Below are positions 27,997 through 42,404 of a DNA stretch of 64,000 bases, piece by piece. Numbering within the stretch: position 1 is the first letter of the stretch; the number at the start of each line of letters is the position of its first letter. The notes under the pieces are model-generated. The model worked only from the letters and a program-made list of their open reading frames with translations. It did not search any database and was not told the origin of the DNA. The stretch spans positions 45,198,001 to 45,262,000 of the forward strand of contig OX597837.1 of the NCBI GenBank assembly GCA_951406725.2, written 5' to 3'. A program made the position numbers and the translations under genes. Source of the DNA: Octopus vulgaris (lineage: Eukaryota).

Positions 27997-28428
27997 TTCT
28001 TTTCTACGCTAGGCACAAGGCCAGAAACATTTGGGGAGGGGACCAGTCGATTAGATCGACCCCAGTACGCAAATGGTACTTAATTTATCGACCCTGAAAG
28101 AATGAAAGGCAAAGTCCATCTCGGCGGGATTTGAACTCAGAACGTAACGGCAGACAAAATACCGCTAAGCATTTTGCCGGCCTGCTAACCTTCCTTATTT
28201 CTTTACTGCCCACAAGGGGCTAGACACAGAGGGGACAAACAAGGACAGGTAAACGGATTAATTCGACTATATCGACACCAGTAAGTAACTGGTACTTATT
28301 TAATCGACCCCGAAAGGATAAAAGGCAAAGTCTACCTCGGCGGAATTTGAACTCAGAACGTACCGGCAGACGAAATACCGCTTAGCATTTCGCCCGGCGT
28401 GCAAACGTTTCTGCCACCTCGCCGCCTT
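27997..28428 (-). mobile_element. Head-to-tail dimer of SINE family B
   Basis: Head at 28428, junction ~28190, distal unit ends with old-type tail CTGGCCTTGTGCCTAGCGTAGAAAAG. Confidence 0.88.
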
Positions 28429-28621
28429 ACATGTGTATATATATTATTATTCATATATTTATATTATATGTGTGTGTATGTGTGCGTGTGCTTGTGTGTG
28501 TACGTATGGATACATATGTATGCATACATATGTGCGTATGTATCCTTCTCCCTCTCTCTCTCCCTCTCTTTCTATCTATCTATATATACATGTGTGTGAG
28601 TGTGTATGTGTGTGTGCTTGG

Positions 28622-28933
<312 letters not shown>

Positions 28934-29801
28934 TACCAATATGTGTGTGAGCTTTTCTATGTGTGTGTTCAAATCCATGCTTGGTTGCTCTGACTTCTCG
29001 TGTTTGAACTATTTCTCGAAACAAATTTACATTTGCTTTTTAACTTAGAGATGTTTCGTGATGATGCATAATTTATGTCTCAAGTAGGAAAGGTTCTTAT
29101 TAGTTTCTTTTTTTCAAGCAATAACAATCTGATGTTAAGTAAACGTATGTGTGTGTACATGTATGTCGATGCGTGTGGTTATGTGCGTGTGTGTTTATGT
29201 GAGTGCTCACTTAAATACGGTCGTATATGTGGGCACTACACACAAACACATATTTATATATGTGCATGTATGTATGTAAATATATATGTATGTACGTACG
29301 TGTGTTTTTATGTACATACACATACACGAACTGTTTTCATAAATTGAGGCTTAGTATGACCATAATTATATATGTGGGTACACAAATGCTTATGTGTATG
29401 TATGTATGTATATATGTATGTATGTATGTATGTATGTACGTATGTATGTATGTATGTATGTATGTAAGTATGTGTGTTGGTTCTTGAAGTAGTTTATTTT
29501 TCCCAATGTAAGCTGCGCACGTTTTCTATTTGACTTCTGTTTATTATTATTAATTACTCAATTAATGAACTAATTAATCAATTAACTGCTACATTCCCTG
29601 CATAACCTTTGGATTAATTATCGTGTACATATGCTACATTGAATAAATAAGCATGTATATGACTGCGTGTGTACGTTAGCGTCTGTTTGTACGTGTATAT
29701 ACATATGCCTATATATATTATTATACATGAATATATCAATACGCACATTCATACTCACACACATATGCACATGAAGATGTGTGTGCATTCATAAGCATAT
29801 G

Positions 29802-29869
<68 letters not shown>

Positions 29870-29879
29870 ACGAAATTGT

Positions 29880-30670
29880 TTTCAAATTTTGGCACAAGGA
29901 AAGTAAGTTCGAGGGAGGCGGGGTAAGTTTATTCCATCGACTCAGGTTATCAACTGATACTTATTTTATTGGTGCCGAAAAGGATGAAAGGCAAAATCTA
30001 CGTCGACAGAATTTGAACCCAGAGCGTAAAGACGGGCGAAATGCCGCTAAGCATTTTTTGCGCAGCGTGCTAACGATTCTGCCATCTCGCCGCCTTGAAG
30101 TATTTTCTATATTATTGGTTTTTTCGTCCGTTTTTACGTTCTGAGTTCAAATTCCGCCGAAACGACTTTGCCTTCCACCTTATCGAGATCGATAAAATAA
30201 GTACCAGTTCTGTACTCGGGTTGATGAAATCGACTTAGCCCCTCCCCAAAATCCCTGATCTTGTGCCAAAAATGTGAAAAATGAGTTCGAATTCCGCCGA
30301 TGCCGACTTTGCTTTTCATCCTTCGGGATCGATAAAATAATTACTCGTTCAGTATTGTGTTCGATGAAATCATCTTAACCTGAAATTATTGAAGTCGATA
30401 AAATAAGTACCAGATAAGTACTGAGGTTGATGTAATTGATTTGACTCCCAGCCCCCCCCGAAATTGCTGGCCTTGTGCCAAAAGTGTGAAACCAACATTA
30501 TCGTCTTTTTGTCCGTTTTTATGTTCTCAGTTCAAATTCCGCACAAGTCGACTGTTTTTCATCATCTAGGGACCAATAAAATAAGTACCAGTTGAGTACT
30601 GGAATCGATGTAATCGACTTAAACCCTCCCCAGAAATTGCTGGCCTTGTGCCAAAAATATGAAACCAATA
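29880..30670. mobile_element. Cluster of old-type family-B SINE copies (one minus, three to four plus)
   Basis: Repeated GTTCAAATTCCGCC, GATAAAATAAGTACCAG and TTGTGCCAAAA segments. Confidence 0.8.
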
Positions 30671-30706
30671 TTATCAACTTTTTTACAAGATATTATGAAT
30701 TAAACG

Positions 30707-30868
30707 GGCGCAGGAGTGGCTGTGTGGTAAGTAGCTTGTTTACCAACCACATGGTTCCGGGTTCAGTCCCACTGCGTGGCATCTTGGGCAAGTGTCTTCT
30801 ACTATAGCCTCGGGCCGACCAAAGCCTTGTGAGTGGATTTAGTAGACGGAAACTGAAAGAAGCCCGTC

Positions 30869-30903
<35 letters not shown>

Positions 30904-31132
30904 TGTGTGTGTTTGTGTGTCTGTGTTTGTCCCCCTAGCATTGCTTGACAACCGATGCTGGTGTGTTTGTGTCCCCGTCACTTAGCGGTTCGGCAAAAGA
31001 GACCGATATAATAAGTACTGGGCTTACAAAAGAATAAGTCCCGGGGTCGAGTTGCTCGATTAAAAGGCGGTGCTCCAGCATGGCCGCAGTCAAATGACTG
31101 AAACAAGTAAAAGAGTAAAAGAGTAAAGAGTA
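30707..31132 (+). mobile_element. SINE family A, full length and well conserved
   Basis: GGCGCAGGAGTGGCTGTGTGGTAAG head, B-box GGTTCAGTCCC, internal (TA)n(TG)n, tail GGCGGTGCTCCAGCATGGCCGCAGTCAAATGACTGAAACAAG(TAAAAGAG)n. Confidence 0.93.
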
Positions 31133-32211
31133 AACGTCCAAGCCGTCATAAACAACCGTTTCGTCTTGATCTGTGGTTTTAGATAAACGTCTTCATTCGT
31201 TTTACATTTGGTCAATCACTCGACGGTTACGTCGAATAAATTCAGTTTACTTGATGCATTTAGATATGATTCGCATTCGGTTGTTAAATTCATTTGTTTT
31301 CTTTACGATATGAACTGCTTCGACTGAACGTGATTTGCCGTGCTTAGTTTCATTCATGCATGGAGCCTCGTTGTGTTCAAAGATAGACGCTCGCTGACGA
31401 TAATGCCAATAAAATGTTATTTCATGTGCAACATATAAATGTTTGTGTTCCTCCCCTTTATGTTGTGTCTCAAGTTTGTCATGAGCTGAAAGACTCATAA
31501 TGCTTGAACGTCATCCGGTCTCGATGGTGTACATAAGTGATTAAGATCCCGACACTCCGCCCCTGAATGAGGCACCGGTCGGTCTGTCTCAGGTTTAACA
31601 CCACATCTATTGTCGAATCGCATTTTCAACTGAGTGGACTAAAGTAATGTGGAATGAAGTGTTTTGTACAAGATTACAACACCACGCCAGGTCCGGGAAT
31701 CGAACTGCTATCTAAACATCCTAACAACTAGGCCACGAGCCTTCACTTGTATTATAACTTGATGCAGGAAACTATAAATCCGACCAAAATCCAAAAGGAA
31801 ACTTTCGTGTTTAAATAATAAATATTCTAATCATTCTCCCATTATAATTTGAAATTTGTTTCAATTAATTATTTAAAATAGATTTGCTAATATCTCCTTA
31901 GATTTGTGTGCTGGGATCTAATATTTTATGTGTATATTCTTGTAGTCTCGTTTGTTTCATACGTATGTTGTATAAGATACGTATGCTGTATAAAAACCTA
32001 TTCCTCTCGTGTATATTCATACCTATAATCATTTATCTACAGGACCTCAATAATGAAGTCCACCCTTGTATGTAAGTATATATGTGTGTACCTACGTGTT
32101 TTTATGTACATACACATACACGAACTGTTTTCATAAATTGAGGCTTTCTACGACAGTAATTATATATGTGGGTACCTACAAGACCTCAATAATAAAGTCC
32201 ACCCTTTATTT

Positions 32212-32512
32212 GTTTGTTCCTTCTCGAGTCATGCCTGGCTCATAAGGGCCGGTTTCCCGGTTTCCTTGGCGTATAGGTTCCCCACCTGGACGGGACGCCG
32301 GTCCGTCGCTGGTGAGCTGCAAGATGCAGGAGGAAAGAGTGAGAAAAGGTTATGACGAAAGAGTCAGCAGAAGCTCGCCATTACCTTCTGCCGGAGCCGC
32401 GTGGAGCTTACGTGTTTCGCTCATAAACACACACATCACCCGGCCTGAGATTCGAACCTGCGATCCCTCGACCGCGAATCCGCTGCTCTAACCAATAGGC
32501 CATGTTCCCCCT
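32212..32512 (-). mobile_element. tRNA-Arg-like SINE (same family as 18491) with 12-bp TSD
   Basis: TSD CACCCTTTATTT at 32200-32211 and 32513-32524. Confidence 0.92.
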
Positions 32513-32846
32513 CACCCTTTATTTAAATTGTGTGTGATGTGAAGTGTTGCTTGCTCGTACGTTTATACTTTTCGTACTCCCTAAGCACCAAATAGGAAGT
32601 ACGCTTCCATTCTATATTTAACATCGGCTTCAACTATACGCTCCTCATCTGTATTGGTTGTTATTCTAGCTAAGACTGAGGATGGTCGATATTGAATGAA
32701 AACAAGGCGGTCTCGTGGTGTTTTTACTTGTGCACCATCAGTATGTTTCTGCGCAGGGACTAATTAATGCGAACACAGGTAAAAAAAAAAAGTAAGACAT
32801 TATTCACAAAAGGAAACTGAATGAAATTTCACTAAGTTAATATAGA

Positions 32847-33330
32847 GACGCATGCATGGCTGTGTGGTGAAAAAACTCGCTTTGTAACAACGTAGATTCG
32901 GGTTCAGTCCCACTGCATGGCAACATGAACAATTGTCTTCTACTATAGCCACAAGCCGACCAATGCTTTTTAAGAAATTTGGTAGATGGAAACTGTGTGG
33001 AAGCCCATCAGATATATATACATACACACACAACTACATACAGTCATGGGCGCATTTATATAGATAGGTATGATTGGATGTGAATGAACTTGTTAGGCGG
33101 AAACTGAAAGAAGCCTGTTGTAAATATGCATTTCTATATCTGTGTATGTGTCTGTATTTCTCCTCCATCAGTATTTGCCAATCGGTGTTGGATTTTTATA
33201 ATACCTCCTCACCTAGCGACTCGGCAAATTGCCCGATTGAATAGGTACCAGAGCTTAAAATAAACACTGGAGTCAGTCTGCCCCGATTCCACTCATTGCT
33301 CCCACATGGCCTCAGTCCAACTACTGAAAG
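32847..33330 (+). mobile_element. Decayed SINE family A copies
   Basis: TGGCTGTGTGGTG, GGTTCAGTCCCACTGC and GGAAACTGAAAGAAGCC segments. Confidence 0.65.
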
Positions 33331-33661
33331 AGTCATAGCATATAAGAGAAAATAACACATCTTGCTTTCGATGGTCTCCATTGTTCATTATACTATTGTT
33401 GTTTTCATTATTTGAAAAATATTTCAATTGATTCCGTTCTTAAAACTAAAATAATGATGATGATGAGACATTAGAATAAATTTCTTTTAAATAATAATAA
33501 ACAGACACACACAGGTTAAGAAAACTTGTTTTTAATGTCATAACAGTCGCTTAGAAGGTTTAATTTCCGATATCGTCTCTACCCGGTTTTTACATACACA
33601 GAAATACAAGAACGCATTATCACACACAATCACACACAAACACACATCACATATACTTATG

Positions 33662-33752
<91 letters not shown>

Positions 33753-34014
33753 TACATATATATATATATATATATACACATATATATATATAAATATATA
33801 TATATACATATATATATATATACACATACACAGTAGATACGTTACATACATATGTACGTGTTCATACACATACACACACACATATATATATACATATGTA
33901 TGTATATGTATATATATATATGTGTGTGTGTGTATATATATGTGTGTATATGCGCGTATATATACATATGTATATATATATATAATATATATATATATAT
34001 ATGTATGCATGTAC

Positions 34015-34079
<65 letters not shown>

Positions 34080-34509
34080 TGTACTTATATATGTATGTAT
34101 TAATATTTGATTACGTGTTACCGAAATGTACACACACACACACACACAAGCGGTGTGTCTGCGAATGTCTCTAAGTATTTATTACCATTTCGGTGTGTTA
34201 CGTTGTTCAAGACTACACCGCCATTATTTTACACATCTTTATATATTTTTTTTCATATAGTATATTTTGTATTTATTTTAAATTTCCTTTCTTGAAATTA
34301 TGATTGCTGTAGTGAAATGTTTTCAGACATTTCTTTTTTTATTTTTAAATAAGTATGATTATAATTTCGTGCTGTCTACCAAATCACAGACGTTCTTTAA
34401 GTATAATGTAATGTATGTTATTACAGATGACACCACGCTTATGTAAGAGGTTTACTTCCCAACCACGTGGTTTCGGGTTCAGTATCACAACGCGATACCC
34501 TGGTAGTCA

Positions 34510-34869
34510 GGAATAGAAAAAGTATTTTACGTTTCGAGCCTACACTCTTCTACAGAAAGGGACACAGAAAAAAACAAGGACTGAAACAAGGAGAGAATAA
34601 AAAGGGGGGGTGTAGTGGCTAACAATCTATCATGGCATCTGACTCTGACCATATATATATATAAATGTGACCTCGTGTGTACCGTTGGTGATTTTTTTCC
34701 TCTGTCTTCCCTTCTCTGGATCTTTCCTTCTTCTATGTTTCCGACGAAGAGCTCCGTTCCAAACGTTAAACCCTCCTTCTTTCCTTCTTTCCTGAACGTC
34801 CAATAACACTATATTTGTTCCACGTCCTCGCGTTGTTGTTTTTTTGTGCTTTCTTGTTTGGATTAACTT

Positions 34870-34870
<1 letters not shown>
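34510..34870. mobile_element. Divergent pair of PLE terminal fragments, each with an HHR-like motif
   Basis: Minus motif 34525-34559 (CTTT-CTGTAGA-A-GAGT-GTAG-GCTC-GAAA-CGTA-AAA) and plus motif 34737-34771 (GAAA>CAAA), either side of a short (TA)n. Confidence 0.6.
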
Positions 34871-34917
<47 letters not shown>

Positions 34918-35029
34918 AAAAGAAGGCGTGTTTTTCAACGCAAGTAAAGGTAGAGAATTACTTGTTCTTGAAAATGCACATGAATTGGAAAGGTTTGTAA
35001 TTGTTTTTAAATAAATTTATTTGCATACA

Positions 35030-35200
35030 TAGCAAACTGGTTTGTTTGCATTTTAACTGGCGATACCAGTGCTTGACTACGTCGTACGATGCTTCATGGT
35101 CGGCATAAGCTTCTTTCAACTCATCGATAGTCTCTTTTGGTGTACGATCTTTCACGTATAATTGGATGCAGATCATTGATCTGCATCCAATTGCTTCCAT
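35030..35200 (-). pseudogene. Mariner transposase N-terminal HTH remnant
   Basis: MEAIGCRSMI..LYVKDRTPKETIDELKEAYADHEASYDVVKHWYRQLKCKQTS. Confidence 0.8.
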
Positions 35201-35550
35201 TATAGCACCTTAGTCCACTTCAGCAGCTGTAAACGACAAACGAATACAAGTGGAAAGCTGCGATTTAGAATGTGACCCGTAAAGACATGCATAATTAGAC
35301 CGGGAAATGTTCCATTTCCTGCAATAACCGGATGTGGGTCAAGAACGATTTTCAATGAACAATCCGATATTTTTGTGCGCGCGTGTGTGTGTGTATCATA
35401 GATAGAAATAATGGGTTTTATATATACTTGGAAGAGGATGCGTGGCGTTCAAATATATAGTAATATAAATAATATGTATACATGTATATATGTATATATG
35501 CATATATATATATATATATCTACATACGGATAGATATATGTACATATACG

Positions 35551-35615
<65 letters not shown>

Positions 35616-36139
35616 GTAAGTATGTACGTATGTACGTACGTACGTATGTGTATGTATGTATGTATGTATGTATGTATGTAGATCCGATGGTTCAATTTTA
35701 TCAATCGATCGATTAATCGACCGAAAATATAGGAAACTAGCAGCACAATGCAATCTTTCTCAGAATCAAAAGATATCAGTTGCAAAAGAAAAAAAAAGGA
35801 AGAAAATTAAAAGAAAAAAAAAAGAAAAGAGATAGGATGGAATTTGGTCAGTGTGGCACTTAAACAGAAGTAGGTCACCAGTTTCTAACCATTAATCTTT
35901 AATCTTTTGTTTCCTTCAAACGTCAGTGAATAGTATTCGCATCCCGTAAAGAAATTTGATGTCTCAACCGCGTCTGTGTTAGTGACAAGCATTAGACGTT
36001 TCTTACTTCATTTTGGAAATGATGCGAGTGGAAATTCTTTGAAAATAATTCCCACCCAAAACGCAGCTATGGTAGTGATAATTGTTTTAAAACTGAAGTA
36101 TCAGCGTTTATCTAATTAATTGGCAGAAATTCATATACT

Positions 36140-36558
36140 CTTCTATACTCTTTTACTTGTTTCAGTCATTTGACTGTGGCCATGCTGGAGCACCACTTTT
36201 AGTCGAACAAATCGACCCCCAGGACTTATTCTTTGTAAGCCTAGTTCTTATTCTATCGCTCTCTTTTGCCGAACCGCTAAGTTACGGGGACGTAAACACA
36301 CCAGCATCGGTTGTCAAGCGATGTTGCGGGGACAAACAAAGACACACAAGCATATACACACACACATACATATATATATGTATATACATATATATGACGG
36401 GCTTCTTTCAGTTTCCGTCTAACAAATGCACATACAAGGCTTTGGTCGGCCCGAGACTATAGCAGAAGATACTTGCCCAAGGTGCCACGCAGTGAGACTG
36501 AACCCGGAACCATGTGACTGGTAAGCAAGCTACTTACCACACAGTCCCTCCTACACCA
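36140..36558 (-). mobile_element. SINE family A, full length
   Basis: Reverse complement of 30707-31132. Confidence 0.92.
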
Positions 36559-36978
36559 TATATCAATAATTACAAAACAATTCACATAAATACTTAGAAC
36601 TAAGTAATCAACGATTATAAGCAAAGGCATTTTGTTTTGGTGTTTGGTTTGCAAGATTCTTGATGTAACTTCATGAGTAGAAATAAACCGTGTTGTCTCC
36701 AGGATGGGTCATTATGCCATTAAAAATTTAAATAAACACGCACACTGGTTCAATAACATTTCTTTATTTTATCGTGTAAACTATTCAATGGTTTGTTTGA
36801 TGTGGTGATCGAACTTTCGATGAGTTGGTAGTTGTCTCTGTCGGAGTCCTTTCGTTGCTGTTCGCGACTTCATCAATGACATGCCTTCACTCTTCGTCAT
36901 CTGCCTTGAATCTGTTTCAGAACTAGACTTACGCTTATTTGTGTATATATATATATATGTCACATGTATGTATGTATG

Positions 36979-37009
<31 letters not shown>

Positions 37010-37239
37010 GTGTACAGATTTGTATATAACCGTGATATACATATGTTCACAGTTATATGCAAATTTAAAATCTAGTTCGTTCGTCTCAGCTACGTGTGAA
37101 TAACGAAAATAATTTAGCAGTGAATGAATTTGGTTTAAGTGAATTCATACTTATCAATCAAAACTAGAAATCGATCCATGGCTGATCTTTCTGTTCAGAG
37201 AAAATGTAACAAGAGAAAATATAGCAAATAAGGACGACT

Positions 37240-37558
37240 TGTTCCGACTCCCACCCCACCCACCCCGAAAGGAGAACAGTTCTCAAAAATAATCCCCAAA
37301 TTCCAATACGTTCGGAATCTACATAGTCCGAGGTATACTTTTAGACGATTTCATTTTAAAATATCCATTTTTCTGAAAGTTAAGCGAAATTAAGTGGACT
37401 CCAGTAAATTTTCCGAAAATCCTCCCCCCCCCCACTAATTTTGTATATTCAGAATCTATATCATATGACACATATTTGTAGAAAATTTCATTAAAAAATA
37501 TCTATTTTTCTGCAAGTTATGATTATCCAAAATTCGGCAGCGGGGCAGACATCTCTAG
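37240..37558 (+). mobile_element. Probable Helitron 3' part
   Basis: Two related subterminal units (TTTCATT..AAAATATC.ATTTTTCTG.AAGTTA) ending CGGCAGCGGGGCAGACATCTCTAG|T; similar units at ~39.98-40.49 kb. Confidence 0.45.
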
Positions 37559-38088
37559 TTATACCCTGTTGACATTTGATCATTTAAATGAAATCTCAGT
37601 ATGGAATTTTTTTTCTCACACAGACACATTCACACAGGTGTATATCTTACACAAATAGAAAGCCGGAGAAGAATATATAAAACGAAAGTAACTTTAGAAA
37701 TACCTTTTTTTTATCTGAAATCGTCACAACAGTAATGATGTTTACATACGTGTGTGTGTGTGTGTAAATAGCTGGTTATTATGTTAGTAAATGTGTAAAA
37801 AGGTTAGTTACTATGTTAACATTGAAAAACCACTTAAGTGAAAGTGTTAATAAGTCGATTTGCGCCATGAAAAATCACTTGGGATTTAAATGTGAAATAT
37901 CAAGTCTTAATAGGCGGCTCGTTCCAAAAATGTCCAAAATATCTATTGGAAAATCAATGTACAATATAGAGTAAATCATTTAATTAACTGAGAAAAAAGG
38001 CGTCTATGTCTGTATGAAATTTATTTTTTCCTGACATGAAAGTATCTTTAGAAATTCTTTTTTTTATCAGAAATCGTCACAGCTGTAA

Positions 38089-38154
<66 letters not shown>

Positions 38155-38611
38155 ATGGTTAGGACACCAAAGACGGGAAGTTCAAACACAGGAAGTTGGC
38201 AAAACGATTTGAAGAAGTGAATCTTTATATATACATCAATATTATTTATTTTTAATTAAAAAAATAATAAATCAAGACCGTATTATTTTTTCCAAAGTCA
38301 AAATATTCATATACCCCAATTATAGTATAGATTGATCCAGAGGTTTAAACGTGCATTGAGGACACACACAAATAGGGTATTTTATATATTAAAATTTATA
38401 AAATTATATACAGCGTATTAATTTTATTTATATATGTTGGTAAGCAAGATGATATCCCAGAAACAGCTGTAAAGATATATCTCCTTATAAATGTCCTGAA
38501 AACTCCTCACAGCCTTGGCTTTGTTATCTCACTTTATCTAATGTATATGTGTGTGTGTGTGTCTATGTATGTATGCATGTTTGTAAATATATATATAGAT
38601 ATGTATGTACG

Positions 38612-38644
<33 letters not shown>

Positions 38645-39054
38645 ATGTGTGTGTGTGTGTGTGTCTATGTCTGTGTGTATAGATAAGTGTGCATATGCAT
38701 ATATATATATTTGTATACTACATAATTAGGGTTCAGCAATGATTAGCTTCACCACACACCGAAGTTTTAGAAATAGCAGTCAAAATCCTAGCTATTCTTT
38801 CTACTTTAAAGGGAGTTCCCAGAAAAACCAAAGCACTTGAAGACAAACCACGTAGGCAAAAGGGGAAAAATGACGAAAATCATTCTATAATTCTGTAATT
38901 ATAGAATATATGTTATTACGAATATATATATTTGTATATATATATACACACACACAAACATACATACACACACACACACACACAGATACACAAACCTAGT
39001 ATGTCCCCCAAAAATGGGGTGCATGAATTTTTATTTACCTTTCTGAAATACCCC

Positions 39055-39119
<65 letters not shown>

Positions 39120-39123
39120 CAAC

Positions 39124-39173
<50 letters not shown>

Positions 39174-39177
39174 CAAC

Positions 39178-39215
<38 letters not shown>

Positions 39216-39293
39216 CAATAATAATAATGATAATAACAATAATAATAACAATAATAATAATAATAATGATGATGATGATGATGATGATGATGA
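39055..39293. repeat. (AAT/AAC)n then (GAT)n trinucleotide array
   Basis: Read directly; source of poly-N/poly-L ORFs. Confidence 0.95.
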
Positions 39294-40499
39294 CAGAAGC
39301 GTGATGCCAACATCGACGACTACAACAATAACAACAATAATGATAGTAAAGTGAAAGTTGAAAACTCTGTGTGATTTGTTAATGGTCATTGCAAATGCGA
39401 GAATAACAGGAAATTAACGTCTGTTGAAAGTAAAAGTATGATTGATTTCATTAGGTGTTAGATTTAATCCTGGGGTGAATATCGTCTTTCATTTTTTCTT
39501 TCTTCTACTACCAGCCAGTATTTGCCAGCGTATATCCAAAGTTCTCCTTCTGCACACTTACAATTTGTGCAGAAGCACACCCATCTCTAAACAGACACAA
39601 TTTTTGTGTGTCTGTGTTTCTGTGTTTGTTTATAAGGAAAACTATAATCCAAAGAGACCGACGGCAGTAATTATATTTATTGGAAAAACCGTAACCGAAA
39701 CAATTAAGTGTATATGCCGTAGGGAGTACATTCCAGATTATAAGAAACGTTCTTAGATATATGTTAGCGAAAACGGAAAAAAAAAACGCATATAGAACTC
39801 CACTTACGCAAATACACTAGGAACTTGTTATATAAAGATGGAGATAGTGAATGCCTCCAGTGATTCAAAGATATTGGTAAACCAGACTATAGAATTATAC
39901 AGGAACTACTACCCCCATTAGCGAAGCATTTCATCAGATACACTATATACTAATTATTCGCGGCGTGCCTACAAACGTGTGTGCCACAAATTTATTTCCT
40001 CATAACTTCCAGAACTATTGATACCCTATAATTAAATTTTCTACAAATATCTTATAGATGGTGTAGACTCCGATTTTATCAGAATTAATTCTTGTAATGT
40101 TTTTCAGCGGAGCGAAGGTGGTGGGGAGCGAGGAGGTTCAGATAATTCACAGAAGTTAGTTTTTGTTTCCTCATAACTTTCAGAAAATTTGTATTGCTTA
40201 TAAAAATTTCTAGAAATACTTTTGAAATGATATAGACTAGAGGTACTTCAGGATTTAATGTGTTAGAACTGTAGGACGCATTACATACATACTGATAAAC
40301 ATCACACCATGTTTTCATAATTTCAAACTTCATTTGATTGATATATGTAATATTTGTGTCAGTATATGTATGTGTGTGCCCACTATTTTTGTTTTTCCTT
40401 TCTGACGTTAAACTTCGATATAATCGTAATTTTTATCACCTGAAAGGTATTTGTAGGAAACTTCATTAAAAAAATCCATGTTTCTAGAAAGAAACAAAA

Positions 40500-40810
40500 C
40501 CGGATAACCATGGAATTCCACCTAGAAAGTTACCTCCAAGGCACCAGCCCAAGCAAGAGCGTTTATAGAAGACCAGCAGTCGCCTATGCAGAACAGCTTC
40601 CCCTCTTCCGGTCACCGATGTTATCCAAAGGAAAGGCAGAGGGGCCGATACAGCTTATCACCTGTGACGTCGCAACTCATTTCTACAGCTGAGTGAACTG
40701 GAGCAACGTGAAATAAAGTGTTTTGCTCAAGAACACAACACACAGCCCAGTTCGGGAATCGAACACACTACCTCATGATAATGAGCCCGACACTCTAACC
40801 CCTAGGCCAT
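40500..40810 (-). mobile_element. tRNA-headed CORE-like SINE
   Basis: Minus: TGGCCTAGGGGTTAGAG A-box, GTTCGATTCCC B-box, GTGTTCTTGAGCAAAACACTTTATTTCACGTTGCTCCAG core; decayed relative at ~31620-31745. Confidence 0.8.
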
Positions 40811-41010
40811 ACATACCACGTACACGGATCATGCATATTGTATACTATAAGAACCAGATTTCATCTGGTTATAAAGTGGACTAATTTCTGATTGATGCAT
40901 TCAACAAAAAGAGCACAGGCAACACTACATCTCATCAGAAACTAATATTTAGTATAAATAATACAATAACAGCAGAATGAAAAATGGTCTAGTCAATACA
41001 AAACTACAAA

Positions 41011-41312
41011 CTAGCGAACACAGCACGTTTTCAAGGCAACCAATATAACATACAAATTTCAATGCTTTGAAGTTGTACACCTCATGACTCATGAGTCATG
41101 AAGTGTACAGCTGATGTACTTGGGCGTACAAATGCACGTTCCCACAGCTTTATCGATCGCATTCTCAACTGGAATAGATTTTTGTAATCTTTTCAAGACT
41201 TATTCACGCCCTGATACCGTCGGTATCTACATATCAAATTTTAGTACAATCGGATGGAGGATGCCCGAGATCCGAGAAGACACACACACACACATAGACA
41301 GAACGGATTTCA

Positions 41313-41343
<31 letters not shown>

Positions 41344-41344
41344 G
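41011..41344 (-). mobile_element. Probable non-autonomous Helitron
   Basis: Minus 5' end CTATATA...TCTGTCTATGTGTG...CCGATTGTACTAAAATTTGA resembles the 26777 element; 3' end GCTAG|T at 41011-41014. Confidence 0.55.
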
Positions 41345-41457
41345 TACCCTTGTGCATATATATGTACATATTAAATATTGCACGTATATATTTTATTAAT
41401 TTGACTGTACGGCTAATAATTCGCTACCACTTGTGATGGCATTTTAATAATACAATA

Positions 41458-41532
<75 letters not shown>

Positions 41533-41926
41533 GTGTATATATGTATGTATGTATGTATACACATATGTGTGTATGTACATATACGCACACATATACAAAT
41601 ATAGGCTAATTAAGGTTAATATACTAAATTAATTAAAGTAATAAAATTATTAATTAATAAGAAGATAAAGTGAGAAAATATGAAGATTAAGGGAAAATAG
41701 AAAATGGAAGTAATTGTGCTGAAATGAGCTTCCATGGATTCGGAGAGAAGTGGAAAAACTAGACGCCAATTATGTCGTTAATTAAATTATTAAAACTAGA
41801 CGCGGAGAGCACAAGCAAAATAAATGATAAATAATTAAGCGAAATTTGGAATAAAAATAAGATAGAAGTCAATTAATGAATGAAGCTAATATTATATACT
41901 CGTATACTATTCAAATGCTTATTATA

Positions 41927-42142
41927 CAGGGTCTTTAAAAAGTCTCACCGCAGTGAATTCCATATCATGTGTAGAAGAGTCAATTTATGTATTGAAAATG
42001 AAGGACGAGACTTTCAACGCCTCTTATGAAGTTTTTTAAAGTCTTGTAAAGTCTAATATATTCTTTTGTAGTCTTATACCATCTTATGAATATACATTTT
42101 GCAATAAAATGCTTAAGGTGGAGAGACTTTTTGAACACCCTG
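41927..42142. mobile_element. Tc1/mariner-type MITE
   Basis: TA flanks; TIRs CAGGGTCTTTAAAAAGTCTCAC and (revcomp) CAGGGTGTTCAAAAAGTCTCTC. Confidence 0.82.
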
Positions 42143-42204
42143 TACAAATCTGTGTATTCATATGTAATAATTATCCTGAAAAACAGGTGCACACATCTAT
42201 ATTC

Positions 42205-42270
<66 letters not shown>

Positions 42271-42289
42271 ATATATGTATGTATGTATG

Positions 42290-42321
<32 letters not shown>

Positions 42322-42352
42322 ATATACATATATGTGTGTGTATATATGTATG

Positions 42353-42404
<52 letters not shown>

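Noticed and set aside
31140-31500. Possible very old mariner remnant on minus
   Set aside because: Only vague similarity (KPQIKTKRLFMTAW); no clear catalytic motif or TIR
38440-38475. GAAACAGCTGTAA as a further hammerhead (also 10403)
   Set aside because: No convincing upstream CTGANGA core or stem II
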